Shown: piece after piece, positions 37,859 to 52,122 of the stretch
Layout of the letters: each line of letters begins with the position of its first letter
Numbering within the stretch: position 1 is the first letter of the stretch
Assembly: GCF_964204645.1 (NCBI RefSeq)
Contig: NC_134028.1
Span: 9,920,001 to 9,984,000 of the forward strand
Direction: 5' to 3'
Origin: Tubulanus polymorphus
Taxonomy: Eukaryota > Animalia > Nemertea
DNA: 64,000 nt
Translations under genes and position numbers: made by a program
Notes under the pieces: model-generated
The model's input: the letters and a program-made list of their open reading frames with translations, nothing else
Databases searched by the model: none
What the model was told of the DNA's origin: nothing

Positions 37859-40800
37859 CGGTTCCTGAACTTCGCTGAAAAAGCTGAAACACTGAAACGC
37901 TGAATCGCTGAAATAAAAACGCTGAAATTTCAGGGAATTTCCGAAAAACGCCGAAATTTCAGGGAATTCCCGAAAAACGCTGAAATCGTGCTAGGTACCG
38001 ACAATACACGTTTTGAAATAATTTCCGGGCCGGTATTCGCTGCCGAGTCCTGAACCGTCTTTTAGTCTCCACCTTCGGTTACAGAGACATGCATGGGCAG
38101 TATGTGTGGAGTATACTTCTAGAGGGCCACTTGTTGAACAAATTAATTCGCTTGAAATCCGGATTTTTAATGCATACAGGCAGCATGATGAGGAAAACCC
38201 ATTCACAAACCGTGCAAGCCAACTTAAACACTATGCTCAATATTCCAAGAATATGGTTTACTTCTATCGTTCATGTATAAAACAGGATTATAAGCAACTT
38301 TTCTTTTGTCAACACGTTGATGGGCGACGGACTATGGTATTCTCTGAAGGAGGTAAATTAAATTTGACAGCTAGTTATATAAATGATGCAGCTTTTGGAC
38401 AAAAGGGATCTAACTAAATTTCTTTTTAATTCACCGTGGAATGGAATGGATTGACGCCAATGACATGCAGTAGTTACTTATAGGTCATACTAATTAGCGT
38501 CAACCAATTAATCTAAATCGGGCAAACCATTCAACAACTGTAATTTATTTGCTGTGTTGTGATAATAATAGGTTTTTTTTTTTTAAATGACATACCAACT
38601 GTTAGAAAAATGTACCGATTCTTATTTTTAGACTACTACGGTATCTATAAAAGGAGGAGTCATAGATAAAGTTGATTTGCTCAGCTGGACACACTTCTTG
38701 TCAAGTACATCATCTCAAGTATTGGGTGTTTTGTAAGTTTGATTTCAGTATTTATTTACTAAGTGCTGTTCCCTCGGACCTCAGTGCTTTCAAACTAGGC
38801 CCACCCCATAGGCTATATCTCCAGAGTGTGTTAGCCACTATTCTTTTATTTCCTACTTTAAATGCACTTTTTTTCTATTTTTAGACTCGGGCTAAGAATG
38901 TGCAAATTTGAGATACTGAGAAATCAGATGGCACTAGTTAACTTGAACTGCGAAATTTGCAGCAGGATAGCTGAACGACACAATTTTTAAAAACAAAATG
39001 GCTATTCGAATGCTATTTCAGTAATAACTTGATTCAACCAGAGAGAAATAAGTCAATTGGGGATGTACAGTACACCCACTTTACTTCGCCGTTTTCCTGG
39101 TACCAAATTTTTTATCTTAAGCTAAGCAATATTCTAAGATATGCTAGTGAATTTCATTAGAATATAGAGCAATGGAACCAGAATTCAAGCCCGAGTTAAG
39201 TGAACTATTGATTCTGATATAATGTAAGAACTGATTTCTTTTGTGTATTCTTATAATGTGTTAAGTATTATTTTAAGCTGTCAAATAATATAATTAGACA
39301 AACGTCAAATTATTGGATCTTTCTTGTTGACTCGTTTAATTTTGTGAGTTTAGAGTTCCAGTCAATCCACAATGTGCAGTGCCTAGCCTTCATCTAGTAC
39401 TAAAGCCAAGCCTGTGTATGGGAAAACGTTGTTCGACTCTCATAAGCCAGAAAAATAAAAACTTGCAATACATTGCAGATAGTAGTCTCCAGCAAGTAGA
39501 CAGAGAAAGTAAACCAGGTTTTACCCCGTACCCTATCCGGCATCTTCACCTGTCAAGGGATTCGAACCCACTACACTAAAGCTGTTCTCCGAACCGCTTG
39601 ACCTCGAGTCGTTACTAGCCGACCAGAATCAGGTCGGGCCAATCACAGCGCTTGTTACAAACGACATTTGGCATCTATGGAATTTCCCGGTAAATGGACC
39701 AATCAGCGAACACGTAGCGAAAACGGAAGTATTGTCGCGTGTTGATATATGACGTCATTCGCTAAAACGCCGGTAATGAAATCGCGCGTCGTGAGGCCAG
39801 GGGGCAGGTGGAAGCGAGTTTGGGAGCGATACTGGTCTCCTGGCAAGCGAGGATGCCTACCCGGGAACGAAAGACACTCCATGACTCCTTCCTTGAAGAG
39901 ATTGTAGAAATATGGCACCCAATCGTAGTAATGCTAAGTACAGTATACTATGACGGTTGAACCTTTATTCACACCAAAATAGAATCAAAGTAGTCATAAG
40001 TTCCATGATAGCACTTAATTTGGGTTATCAGGTTCAGCCTTACTAGCTGTACTTTCATTCAGCTACTACTTTTGTATTAGTCAGTAACCTGTCTGTGGTT
40101 TAGTTTCACGATCGGATATTTTCACAAACCACAGTCAGGAATGGGAAGGTCATTTTTGTATGAAATCTTCGTCAGCCAATTTGACTGACGAGTAATTTGC
40201 CTGGCATTTCATTGTCTCTTATGATATCCGTCTAATTTTTGTTGTAATCGACACACAACAGATTCGTAGTTTGTCTGATACCTATAACACCTCACCTGAT
40301 GATCTTAATCCATGTGCAAATCGGCCGTAAAGTGAGAGTAAATTTCCGTCCAGTCAACAGCTGCCATTTTGAAAATTACTGGAGGTGCTGGCACCTGTGG
40401 ACTGAGGCCAGGACAACAGCACAAACTAACAAAGCGAAACGACGAAATTAAAAAAAATTAAGAAATCAACACTTATTCACATTTTTCTTTTACCAGAAAT
40501 TTATTGTTTCATTATTTGTTATGAAAAACACGAAGATTTGAAATACAAGTTGGAAAACCATCAAAAATAAAAATTGTCGTTTCGTCTTGGAAGTTTTATA
40601 TAAATCCTTGTAGGTCCCCTTGTCTTATCATGCCACATGTTCAATACAGAGAAATGGCGGCCAATGGCGAAATTTGTGGAGAAATTAATTAATTTCTCAA
40701 AATAATGTTGATTAATCACTCGAAACATACATAAAATTGGATTATTTCGAAAGGTACCTGTGTTAGTTTGTGAATTAAGCCATTAATTGTAGACTGAAGT

Positions 40801-41365
40801 GAATAGAAAGTATATTTTTGAAGTGGTACTTTTTTCAACCGTGTTTTGGTCCTTGTCATCCCTAACGTTGGTATAAGCCCATCCGATTATAAAAAGCTTA
40901 CCACCAACGATTAGGTAACTAACTACTTTTGTATGAGACTTGGCAATGATAAGTTGGAAGAAATCACCAAATATAAGAAAAAATATTGAGAATTAATATT
41001 ACTGTAATTAAGAATTTATTCAAATGAAGTGATAATTTCATTGTCAGATCGTACCGGTATATGCGCATAAAACAAAAAACACATCTAACAATCCACGCAA
41101 TCCGCAATCGATCAAGTCGAACATGACGACGACCTCAAGGCATGTCTCTGTAACCGAAGGTAGAGTCTAAAAGACGGTTCAGGACTCGGCAGCGGACACC
41201 GGCCCGGAAAGAATTTCAAAACGTGTATTGTCGGTACCTAGCACGATTTCAGCGTTTTTCGGGAATTCCCTGAAATTTCGGCGTTTTTCGGAAATTCCCT
41301 GAAATTTCAGCGTTTTTATTTCAGCTTTTCAGTGTTTCAGCTTTTTCAGCGAAGTTCAGGAACCG
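37859..41365. mobile_element. Non-autonomous TIR DNA transposon (~3.5 kb)
   Basis: ~230-bp inverted repeats 37859-38092 and 41140-41365 with internal GCTGAAA subrepeats; TSD not clean. Confidence 0.8.
39540..39855. repeat. ~315-bp dispersed repeat, second copy at 42266-42582
   Basis: Direct similarity; B-box-like GGTTCGAATCC on the minus strand; CCAAT, CGGAAGT and TGACGTCA motifs. Confidence 0.75.
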
Positions 41366-42265
41366 GGCCAAAAATGCACATGTGATCGCGGCTATAGAGA
41401 CGATTTGTCGGGGTTAAATTGGCTCGAATCAGGTCCGACTTAAATTTTACGCATGGCTTACCAAAGAGCGCGCCCATTTTCATGTTCAAATTCGTTTCAC
41501 ATTCAAATTCAAACCCATTCATTCGTTACTAAATAATGCTTAAACCATGGAATCTAAAACGAGCCCATACTTAAACAAAGCGAAGTGACTGACTTCCAGA
41601 ACCAGTTTATATTAACAAGCTTAATTTGACTCAGGTCTGGTCCGTCGTTTTTGGTCGGGCAATTAGGCACGGGTCCATTCTGCGCCCATTACTGTTTTTT
41701 TTTCGCCAGATCTCTCCGCCCCTACACCTTTTAACTTGATTTTCATCATCCACGTATTTAAATTTCGATTTTTTCAGCTTGTGTTAATATTATACTCATG
41801 CAAAGCACACTGATTACAATTTGCAGCAGTGTGCTATATAATGAAATAAGTAATATTGATTATCAATATCAACATTAAGTGTGAATTTGCAGTTGAATAT
41901 TGCAGTTCAAATAATTGATTTGATTAACAATATAATTTGATGTAGGCCTCCCAGCGTCAATCATTCAAGAAAATATTAATAACTAGTCAAAGACTCAAGA
42001 TCAAGTAACGAAAAAGGAAGATGCATTCTAACAACTGATTGCGATGTGAAGACTATATTAGGCTCATTATTAGAACCTGCACTACAGCTATTTAACTTTC
42101 TAAAAATCATTCGTCTCAGACCCTCAAATACCGTGTACATTATCACCCAAATTGTCCAAATATGTTTGGTGTCGTCGCTATAGTATACTACTCATTAAAA
42201 ACAATGATTACATCAATACCTATTATTCTAAAAGCTCAGGTTTTTAGCGTTTAGTGGTTTGGAAC

Positions 42266-42582
42266 ATCTTCACCCGTCAAGGGATTCGAACCCACTCTGC
42301 TAAAGCCGTTCCCCGAACCTCGCGAGTCGTTGGAGTCGTTACTAGCCGACCAGAATCAGGTCGGGCCAATCACAACGCTTGTTACAAACGACATTAGGCA
42401 TCTAAGGAATTTCCCGGTAAATGGATCAATCAGCGAACACGTAGCGACCGCGGAAGTATTGTCGCGTGTTGATATATGACGTCATGCGCAAAAGCGCTAG
42501 TAATGAAATCGCGCGTCGTGAGGCCAGGGGGCTGGTGGAAGCGAGTTCGGGAGCGATACCGGACCCCTGGCAAGCGAGGATG
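42266..42582. repeat. Second copy of the 39540-39855 repeat
   Basis: Direct sequence similarity. Confidence 0.75.
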
Positions 42583-42830
42583 GGTTTGGAAGAACATTCA
42601 TCCCAAAGTCTATATTTCGAATAACAGACCAGGTCCAGTTTCCTTCGTTTGACATTCAGAGGAACATTCCTCCCGAAGTCGATACTTTGAATATCAGACC
42701 TGAAGGTCAAATTCTCTCCGTTTGACTTTGGGAGGAATATTCCTCCCAAAGTCAATTGTTAGAATATCGGACCCCTTGGTCAAGTTTCCATCGATTGACT
42801 TTGGGAGAAATATTCCTCCCAAGGTCAATT
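42580..42830. repeat. ~73-bp tandem repeat with palindromic 34-bp core (4 units)
   Basis: Perfect palindrome TTGACTTTGGGAGGAATATTCCTCCCAAAGTCAA at 42722-42755; variants at ~42580, 42648, 42795. Confidence 0.75.
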
Positions 42831-43799
42831 TTCACAATAGCGGTCTTCCTCTTAATTGGCGACACTCAAAGAACGAGCGGCTCAGATTTCTATTGTGAGC
42901 CTATCGCACGCTGCGCGTGAATCACTTACGTAATCTTTTCTGTAAATGTGAAGACCTCGGGGGCATTATGTTCTCTAAAGCCCGACATTATCCCATATTC
43001 CGGACTGTTAATAGGTTGATTTTACGGCAGAGTCGACATGTTTCAACAATTTTGTTCATTTATGAATATTTGAGGACTTATGAACTAAAATTAGTTAAAT
43101 TTGTGATACATTTTGAGAAAGTCACAAAACATTTGAGACTGCGTTGGAAGTAAAATAAAATGTTTTCTCACCTTTCAATCAAATCGTTCTTTTTACCACT
43201 GATTTTGATCTTACGCCTCTTCACTTCAGCTTTCAACATGTCAACTGTCCAGTCTTTGTATTTGTCACACATTGTTAAGTTGCAAATACATTATTTATGA
43301 ACGAAAACCGGTTTCAATTGAACACAATAAGTGGTACTATGAAATGGTTGACAATGGAGAAGTTCAACCCATGCCTCAGTGCTGCCATCTATCGATGTAG
43401 CACTGATCTTATCCCAATAGTCTAACTTTTAGGGCACGAGGAATCCGGTCAGCTGAGGAGAGGCCGGAGTCACGCTACCGACGCGACATTTTGTCCGGCA
43501 GAGGGTTCCAGCTGAATTACTCGCCTCCAAGAGGAGGACGAGCGGCCCCGGACGTACCCACCAACGGTGAAGAGGCACGAAGAGATAGGGGGCACCCGAG
43601 AGGATCCGGGCCGTGTGTTGAGGCCTAAGTTGGGTGGAGGCGGGACAAGCAAAGCTGCGCAGGAGTTGCCTGTCCCCCGCGAAATCCAAATATTACAGAT
43701 AAGCTATTTTGGTTACCGTGTCCACGGAATCCGTTACACATGGAAACGTATCGTTAAACTCTCAAATCATGTAGTCTCTTTTCTCTCATGAACCCCTCA

Positions 43800-44150
43800 T
43801 GAGACGCATTAATACTAGTAATAAAAAAAAGCAGTATTTCTAGTAATCGACGGAGACGCATTAATACTAGTAATCAAAGAAGAAGCAGCATTTCTGGTAA
43901 TCGACGGAGACGCACTGGTAAAACTGGTAATCGACGGAGACGCATTAATACTAGTAATCGAAGAAGAATTGATTGAGGCATTGATACTGGTAATCGACGG
44001 AGACGAATTAATATTTGTAATCAACGGAGATGCCCTAATATTGGCAATCGACGGACAGGTATCAACACTCGTTATAATCGACGAAGAACAAACCAGAGAT
44101 GCACTATTAATACTAGATATTGATGCAGAACGAACTGATGGAGACGCTGT
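43800..44150. repeat. ~27-bp minisatellite
   Basis: Degenerate GTAATCGACGGAGACGCATTAATACTA units. Confidence 0.8.
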
Positions 44151-47100
44151 GCTCTTACACTCCGAGTCCTCACTAAAAGTAAATAAATGATATACTTCAA
44201 AGACTGCATCCTTTCGTATGATTGCGAAAGCTCACAAACCAGCTTACTAATCATTATAATGTCGCCATATTCACAAACCTTTCATAACTTTCCCTTGAGC
44301 CAATATACAAGCAAATTTCTCCACACAAATGGCTTTCTTTTATGTAGGTCCCCAAAACAAAATCTTCGGGTAACGATTTCCCATCTACACCGAGTAATTC
44401 TAAATGCAGGTTTTCATCCGTTAGTTGAAATTATGTTGTTAAATGGCATAATAAAGTCTTGTAATCAGTCGTTCTGTCCAGTTCGAGAAACTCGACTGCC
44501 TCCACCATTGTTACTCCGAACTTGTTCATATTTCCGTTCGACCTGATCATACTTCTTCCACTCAACTTTCACTTTCAATGTAACTTTTTCTTTTTCTTGA
44601 TACCAACTCAGAACATTTCTATAAAATACATGAGAATACTATTGGATGCTTTGAAGTAAAGATTGTTATAATACTATTATTCAAAACAATTGAGGATGGC
44701 ATGAGCATATTGACATAGTTCTCACTTCAGCTTATTTAGAGTAACAATGGGCCTACCGTCAGTCGTCTTTTCCTCATTTCAGTTAAATTGGCTTCGATAT
44801 CTAATTTTACTGAACCCACAATTGATTGCGAAGATACAGGAATGGGCAGGTCACATGATCTACAGGTATCGGGCCACGCACATGACCTACAAATAAAAAG
44901 AGATAATTCCTATATGACACCATTGATTTAGGGCCTATACATATTAACAATCTAAGAGGTCTAGGCCTCCATTGTGCTAACGGTAATTTAGTATCTAGCA
45001 ATTGTTCCAGAAACAGGATATCATAGATCATTTGATATTCTGCTAGGGGCTTTTTCAACTAACTGATTACTTACCTGTGGGTGGATCTATCCCAGGATAT
45101 ACAGCTACACTATGGTTGACATTTTTTCGAGTTCAGCTAGAACTTCATCATCATCTATAACAAAGCCATCAGTTAAAACAAATCGTTCCGCTGTATATTG
45201 GAACTTTGCCGTCACTGAAAAATATAAAGATTTAAACTGATTCAGTTATGAGTTATCAATCATTTCAACACGAGACCCAGGAAGAAAGACACTCTAAATA
45301 TTTGGATGGATATATGAAAGCTGTGGGTACTGGAGTTTGTAATGGGTAGTGTAGTGTGATCTGTGTGCATTTGTGGCCAGCACACAGATCACATTGTTCA
45401 ATGGGGTTTGGTCCAGGACTCGCGAGATTTTCAACAACACGGAAGTAACGTGTAATAAATGATGACTTGAATTGCATGACTACCTACCACCCCTCATTAT
45501 TGTTGGAAAACTAAACGTTCGGCACTGACTAAAAATTAGTAATAACATTTTAGAAATGGCCAGAATTTTAACTTAGGTTCTATCTCATTTTTATTTTACA
45601 ATTGCGATTTGTATAATTTTTTTTTCAAACGGCCGTTAAGGCTTCATGTTTCGTCTGCAATTCACTGCAAATAGTTACGCAACTACGCACATTTCAGTGT
45701 TTTTGGCAGCTGTACACTCAATCGGCACCGTTCGTGACTAGCTTCACTGCGGAATTATCATTAATTAACATCGCCATATCACATCATCAACTTATATTGT
45801 GCCTTAAAACCCTAACAGCCGAAATAATTGAAATGCACACTACGATTTCTATCATTGAAAATTGAGAGAGTGGCCATGTTTGTGTTTGCTGCTTCGCGTA
45901 AATCCCGCACGGTAGCGGAACCGCGCGGAGTGGGGCCGATACGTCCAGTTAGTAAGATTTCTCAACTGGATGATCGACGGATCGAGTTACGCTAGACCTA
46001 CTCAAATTTAGTTATTGATAAATTAAATAAACTTAGGCCTACCTTTCTCCATTAACTGATCCATCGATTGAACAGACACAACCACTTTAGTTGCCGGATT
46101 ATGTCCGTGCATCAATTTTACCAGCACCATTTTACCAGCACGTGTCGTACAACTGCGTGCCCCGAGGAAGGGGACATTTGACCTATTTGAATTAGCGTAG
46201 AACTTGAGTTCTATGGAATTAGTAACTCGTAAAACGCGGTAAACGTAAGTCGTAATTCGTAGAACGTAACTCGTAAAACTCGTAAGGCGTATGGCCCTTG
46301 AGGAATTCCATAATTCACTCACCAATAAGCGGTGGAAACTGGTGTAGGCTGTATAGAAACTGGTATAGCCCTACTGAATGATGCTCAAAATGATGATACG
46401 TGTAAGTACGAAAATCTTTATTTGATTTTAAATGAACAATTTGATTCTTTATTGAAAGATATTCGTGGTTTGAGAAACCGCCATCATGTATGATTTTGTC
46501 GTCTGGCAGCTTCCATCCATGAGCTTTCAAGACGAATGAATCCATTTAGATAGCCTATAGCCTAAAGGGGTGCAAAGCCACTGGTACTTGAAAAGGTGTC
46601 AAGTTGTCACTTGGTCTTAAATAATTTTGAACTGGGAAATTTCGCAAACTCACCTCAATCGGAAGTTTTATTAACTATATCCGTACCATCAGCGTTTGCC
46701 CGTCAAAGTTTTGAGTGCATTAATTAAATCTCGAGTGTAATCACAATTTATTCCAAACATTTAACTCATATCTCATACATAGAGCTTTAAGCACTGCTCA
46801 GTGTACCTTCTTCGGTGCCTTACTGTAAGTTACTAACTAGAGGACCAACGGTCCTGAGAAAAATATCAGAAATTAAAAGGTGTCCCCCTTTCGAGAACAT
46901 TTATATTCCGTGGTATTATACTGGTACCTTCTGAAACATGGCCATGGCCGCGACTGCACATCAATACCTGGCATTGGGTTTTTCCATGTTACACTTATAT
47001 ATACATGTACAAAGTAAAGTAAACGGAGATCGAGAAAACACATACAATGAACGCTTTTACGGTTCGCAGCGCTTTTACGGCCGCAAAACGTGATCTACCG

Positions 47101-47910
47101 ATCTCAGAAAAATTATGTGACCCAAGTCTCAATAACCCTCATCCCCCTAAATCTCTACATATTTCCACTGCTCTCTGGAATGATGGAGATGAAGAAAACA
47201 TTTTCATCACTGTACCGCTGTAGCAGCATTAATACAGCGCAAGCGCCATAACAGTTCTTCTTCTGTTTAGCACGACACGCGCTGTTCTCCACGTGTGGCA
47301 CGGGAGAACGAGAATGTAACGGCGTTAAAAATCGACATCAGTAGCACCAAAGCTAACCGTACCATTTTTTCTCACTACTTGAAATAACCTATGCGCAAAG
47401 CCAGAGAAAAATTTGCGATTTTAGAGATAGATATGCAACATTCACCATCGATTCGACACAGCAGTTCTACTTGAATACTAGTAGTCGCGGTCGATTGATG
47501 CGCGCGGGCAGTATCTTATCTTCAAGCACAAAACTATCGTATTGTTTCCAATAATTAATTTGTTTACACTCTTCGCGTAAAAGTAACGCGACACATCTGA
47601 ATTTCTTCCGGACAGCAAAGTTAAATTAGGTGACAATTGGAACTATTTAATTTCGCGCATTGAAATATACATACGCCTTAAGCGGCGTGATCAGTACACA
47701 CAATAGGGAGCATTTATTGATTGCTAGAAAAGCGATAAAGGGACTCAACTTGTCGAACAGAACGGTTGATTGTGCGAATAATACTAGTTGCTCCCTACAC
47801 TACGGCACATACGATCTGTTAAGGCTCTTTTCGAGCCTAAAAATCTAGTAGCATGACTGTAAATGGGCTGAACTAATCAATCAGATTGTTACATACAACT
47901 TCAAATCACA

Positions 47911-49733
47911 AGTAATTGGAAGATGTGGGTTTCAGATCAGAGTACGAGAGTACGAGACACCACTCATCACCACAAGTAATTTTTTTTCCTAATAAATGGG
48001 AGATAGAAAAGCATTCTTAGCAAAAATAAATAACAGAACTAAACCAGCGAAAAAACAATTTGAAATAAAAAATTTAGTTGATGTTACAAAAGAAATTGAA
48101 CATAAAATATTGAAATTAAAATAAAAGATAAAAACTAAATATGGAGAGAAAGTATCAGCGAATTTAAGCTACTGTAATGTTAGTACATCGCGAGAATTTA
48201 AAGTATTTTTACCCGATAAATGGGTTTCATTGAGTACAGAGGAATTAGAAGATTTAGAAGGATTTAAAATAATCTATCATGGGAAAAATGAAGACGGTCA
48301 TCATGATTTAGAAATTGTTGATTAAATAAAAATAAACATAATGAATATCTAGAATCCAAAATGACCTTAGTCGTTTTACAAACAACTACAATCATACAGT
48401 CAAACATCTGTTACATGTTATTATAAGAGAGTGCTTCATTTGAATATTGATCGATCAAACAGGTGTTGCAATTCAACGTTGTTGTTATAGCAGTTATATA
48501 ATAAGCACGCAGTACATACAACACACACAGGACAGGACAGGAGGATACATTCTCTCTCGTGATTAAAAGGAATATTTCAATGTTTTTACGGTAAGTTTTA
48601 GCAAAACCACCCGACTTGACTCGCAGAGTTTTTAGTGGATAAGCATCCCGTTATTGAGAGGCGCCACGAGATACCTATCCCCAAGCATTTCTACTTACAC
48701 CCCTGTGACCCACGCCTCACCAATTCTCCTCCAATGGTTGACAGGAAACACATTATATTTAAGGCGCCTAATGCATTTCCTATCAACCCCTTACCCCCGA
48801 AAGGAGGATCGAAAGTCGAAACTGAAGGAGAACCACGGAGGGTGGACAAAGGTGCATTTTCGAGGCGGCACTCCAGTGGTCGAATGAATTGCCTTATATA
48901 CTTAGCTAAAACACCTAAGTAAATGTTGTTGGTGCTAAAAAAATATGTGAAATTTGAAATTATAAATTATTCCGAATGAAAAGAATGTAGGAATGAAAAC
49001 TGATCAATTACTATGTTAATTGATTAACAAATTCAAATTCAAATATTCATTTTAGCATCACACCCAGTGCTCCCATCTTTCAATTTAAGAAAAAACTAAT
49101 AATAAGAAACGACTGTAATACAATATTCAAGTAAAAACAAGATAAATTAATAAAAATAATGAATATCTAGAATCCGAAATGACTTATCTGGACAATTCAA
49201 TTGCTCCGCATAGATAGACAAAAGTAGTGAGATATTCAATTATTTTTTTGGTTTTTTTTCTAAAATATCAATCCATTTTTTTTTATTATCAATTTTGGAA
49301 TTTCAGAAGTATTTTCATTTTTGATAGCAGTTGTTTCAGAATTATTAATATTATGAATTTTATTTGATTTCTTATACCAATTACACCCAATCAAAATGAA
49401 TACAATTACAAATCCAACTGTAAAATATAGACATTTATCAAATATTCTATCATTAGAAGGAGTAGAAATAACAATATTTTCACTATTTTTATTAACATTT
49501 TTATTACTTATTTTTTCTTTTACAGCTTTTTTATATTCTTGTGATTTAATTCCTAATTGCCGAGACCATTCAATTTGTTTCTGTGATCTCGGTTTTTTCT
49601 TCACAGTTAATTCCTTCACTTCTTCCACCTTGTTCATTTATTATAGAAATATTTTTGCTTTCAATATTTGAAAATGTTATAACTCCAGTTGATAATTATG
49701 TCATAAATCCACCTAATTGAAATGATAAATATC
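47911..49733 (-). mobile_element. Duplicated terminal segment of Polinton copy C
   Basis: Starts AGTAATTGGAAGATGTGGGTTTCAGATC (TIR homologue); colinear with 30487-28794 reversed. Confidence 0.9.
48600..48890 (-). ncRNA. Candidate structured RNA, copy C duplicate 1
   Basis: Hairpins 48637-48680 and 48736-48788, fully paired with G-U pairs on the minus strand. Confidence 0.55.
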
Positions 49734-50853
49734 AGTAATATGGGTAATGGGCTTTCAAGCCAAAGGTCGAACGGTCGAGCTCATAAAAAATGAAAAACAT
49801 GAAAATAATAACAATTTCTACTTGAATTAGTCGCGAAACTCATAAAAAATGAAAAATAATTCTCACATGCTCGAATTTATTTTTCATTTTTACTCGCTAG
49901 AAAAAAGTGTGAGTTAAGTGTGAGTGAAATAAATTCGAGCGTGTGAGAATTATTTTTCATTTTTTATGAGTTTCACTCCTAATTCAAGTAGAAATTGTTA
50001 TTATTTTCATGTTTTTCATTTTTTAATGAACTCGACCATTCAACACGATAAGGAGAGAATCCCACAATGATAATAAAAAGTCCGAAAATGAAACTTCGAG
50101 ATAGTAGTTTATTTCAACGTTTCGACTATATCCTAATAGTCATCTTCAGGAATAATGAGATACTACAGAAATTATGAGATATATATACAATCCAGAGACA
50201 AAGAGACTAATTCAAGTAATCAGAGATGATACAAACTAAAGGAAAATTAACGTAGAAACAGTTACACGCTAAAATAGATTAAAGGGAAGCAAACTAAGGG
50301 GTGATTATAAACAACAATAGTGAGTATAAATATAAATGAAACTTAAAGTCAGTAGTAAAAAGAAAGACAAACCGGGGGGCACTTAAATTAAAACAAAGGT
50401 GAATACAAGTTAAGTCAGAGACGAAATTGATGAGAGAACAAATAACAAATAATCAAAGGGGAAATCAAGTGTGACAGTTGGAATTAGGTGACAATTGGAA
50501 CTATTTAATTTCGCGCATTGAAAGATACATACGCCTTAAGCGGCGTGATCAGTACACACAATAGGGAGCATTTATTGATTGCTAGAAAAGCGATAAAGGG
50601 ACTCAACTTGTCGAACAGAACGGTTGATTGTGCGAATAATACTAGTTGCTCCCTACACTACGGCACATACGATCTGTTAAGGCTCTTTTCGAGCCTAAAA
50701 ATCTAGTAGCATGACTGTAAATGGGCTGAACTAATCAATCAGATTGTTACATACAACTTCAAATCACAAGTAATTGGAAGATGTGGGTTTCAGATCAGAG
50801 TACGAGAGTACGAGACACCACTCATCACCACAAGTAATTTTTTTTCCTAATAA

Positions 50854-51180
50854 ATGGGAGATAGAAAAGCATTCTTAGCAACAATAAATAACAGAACTAA
50901 ACCAGCGAAAAAACAATTTGAAATAAAAAATTTAGTTGATGTTACAAAAGAAATTGAACATAAAATATTGAAATTAGAAAAGATAAAAACTAAATATGGA
51001 GAGAAAGTATCAGCGAATTTAAGCTACTGTAATGTTAGTACATCGCGAGAATTTAAAGTATTTTTACCCGATAAATGGGTTTCATTGAGTACAGAGGAAT
51101 TAGAAGATTTAGAAGGATTTAAAATAATCTATCATGGGAAAAATGAAGACGGTCATCATGATTTAGAAATTGTTGATTAA
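50854..51180 (+). CDS. Subterminal 108-aa Polinton protein
   Basis: Near-identical to 30081-30407. Confidence 0.75.
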   Translation: MGDRKAFLATINNRTKPAKKQFEIKNLVDVTKEIEHKILKLEKIKTKYGEKVSANLSYCNVSTSREFKVFLPDKWVSLSTEELEDLEGFKIIYHGKNEDGHHDLEIVD

Positions 51181-51454
51181 ATAAAAATAAAAATAATGAA
51201 TATCTAGAATCCAAAATGACCTTAGTCGTTTTACAAACAACTACAATCATACAGTCAAACATCTGTTACATGTTATTATAAGAGAGTGCTTCATTTGAAT
51301 ATTGATCGATCAAACAGGTGTTGCAATTCAACGTTGTTGTTATAGCAGTTATATAATAAGCACGCAGTACATACAACACACACAGGACAGGACAGGAGGA
51401 TACATTCTCTCTCGTGATTAAAAGGAATATTTCAATGTTTTTAGGGTAAGTTTT

Positions 51455-51745
51455 AGCAAAACCACCCGACTTGACTCGCAGAGTTTTTAGTGGATAAGCA
51501 TCCCGTTATTGAGAGGCGCCACGAGATACCTATCCCCAAGCATTTCTACTTACACCCCTGTAAACCACGCCTCACCAATTCTCCTCCAATGGTTGACAGG
51601 AAACACATTATATTTAAGGCGCCTAATGCATTTCCTATCAACCCCTTACCCCCGCAAGGAGGATCGAAAGTCGAAACTGAAGGAGAACCACGAAGGGTGG
51701 ACAAAGGTGCATTTTCGAGGCGGCACTCCAGTGGTCGAATGAATT
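51455..51745 (-). ncRNA. Candidate structured RNA, copy C duplicate 2
   Basis: Same hairpins as 48600-48890. Confidence 0.55.
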
Positions 51746-52122
51746 GCCTTATATACTTAGCTAAAACACCTAAGTAAATGTTGTTGGTGCTAAAAAAATA
51801 TGTGAAATTTGAAATTATAAATTATTCCGAATGAAAAGAATGTAGGAATGAAAACTGATCAATTACTATGTTAATTGATTAACAAATTCAAATTCAAATA
51901 TTCATTTTAGCATCACACCCAGTGCTCCCATCTTTCAATTTAAGAAAAAACTAATAATAAGAAACGACTGTAATACAATATTCAAGTAAAAACAAGATAA
52001 ATTAATAAAAATAATGAATATCTAGAATCCGAAATGACTTATCTGGACAATTCAATTGCTCCGCATAGATAGACAAAAGTAGTGAGATATTCAATTATTT
52101 TTTTGGTTTTTTTTCTAAAATA

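Noticed and set aside
39540-39620. tRNA gene
   Set aside because: Only a B-box/T-loop-like motif; no cloverleaf could be built
42580-42830. CRISPR-like repeat/spacer pattern (also 7925-8290)
   Set aside because: Linkers are homologous to each other, context is eukaryotic, no cas genes
44187-47600. Short ORFs that may be transposase or host-exon remnants
   Set aside because: No motif I can identify with confidence
48635-48922. GC-rich 76-95 aa ORFs (also 29457-29687, 51490-51777)
   Set aside because: Non-ATG starts, frames not conserved between B and C, atypical composition; structure explains the conservation better
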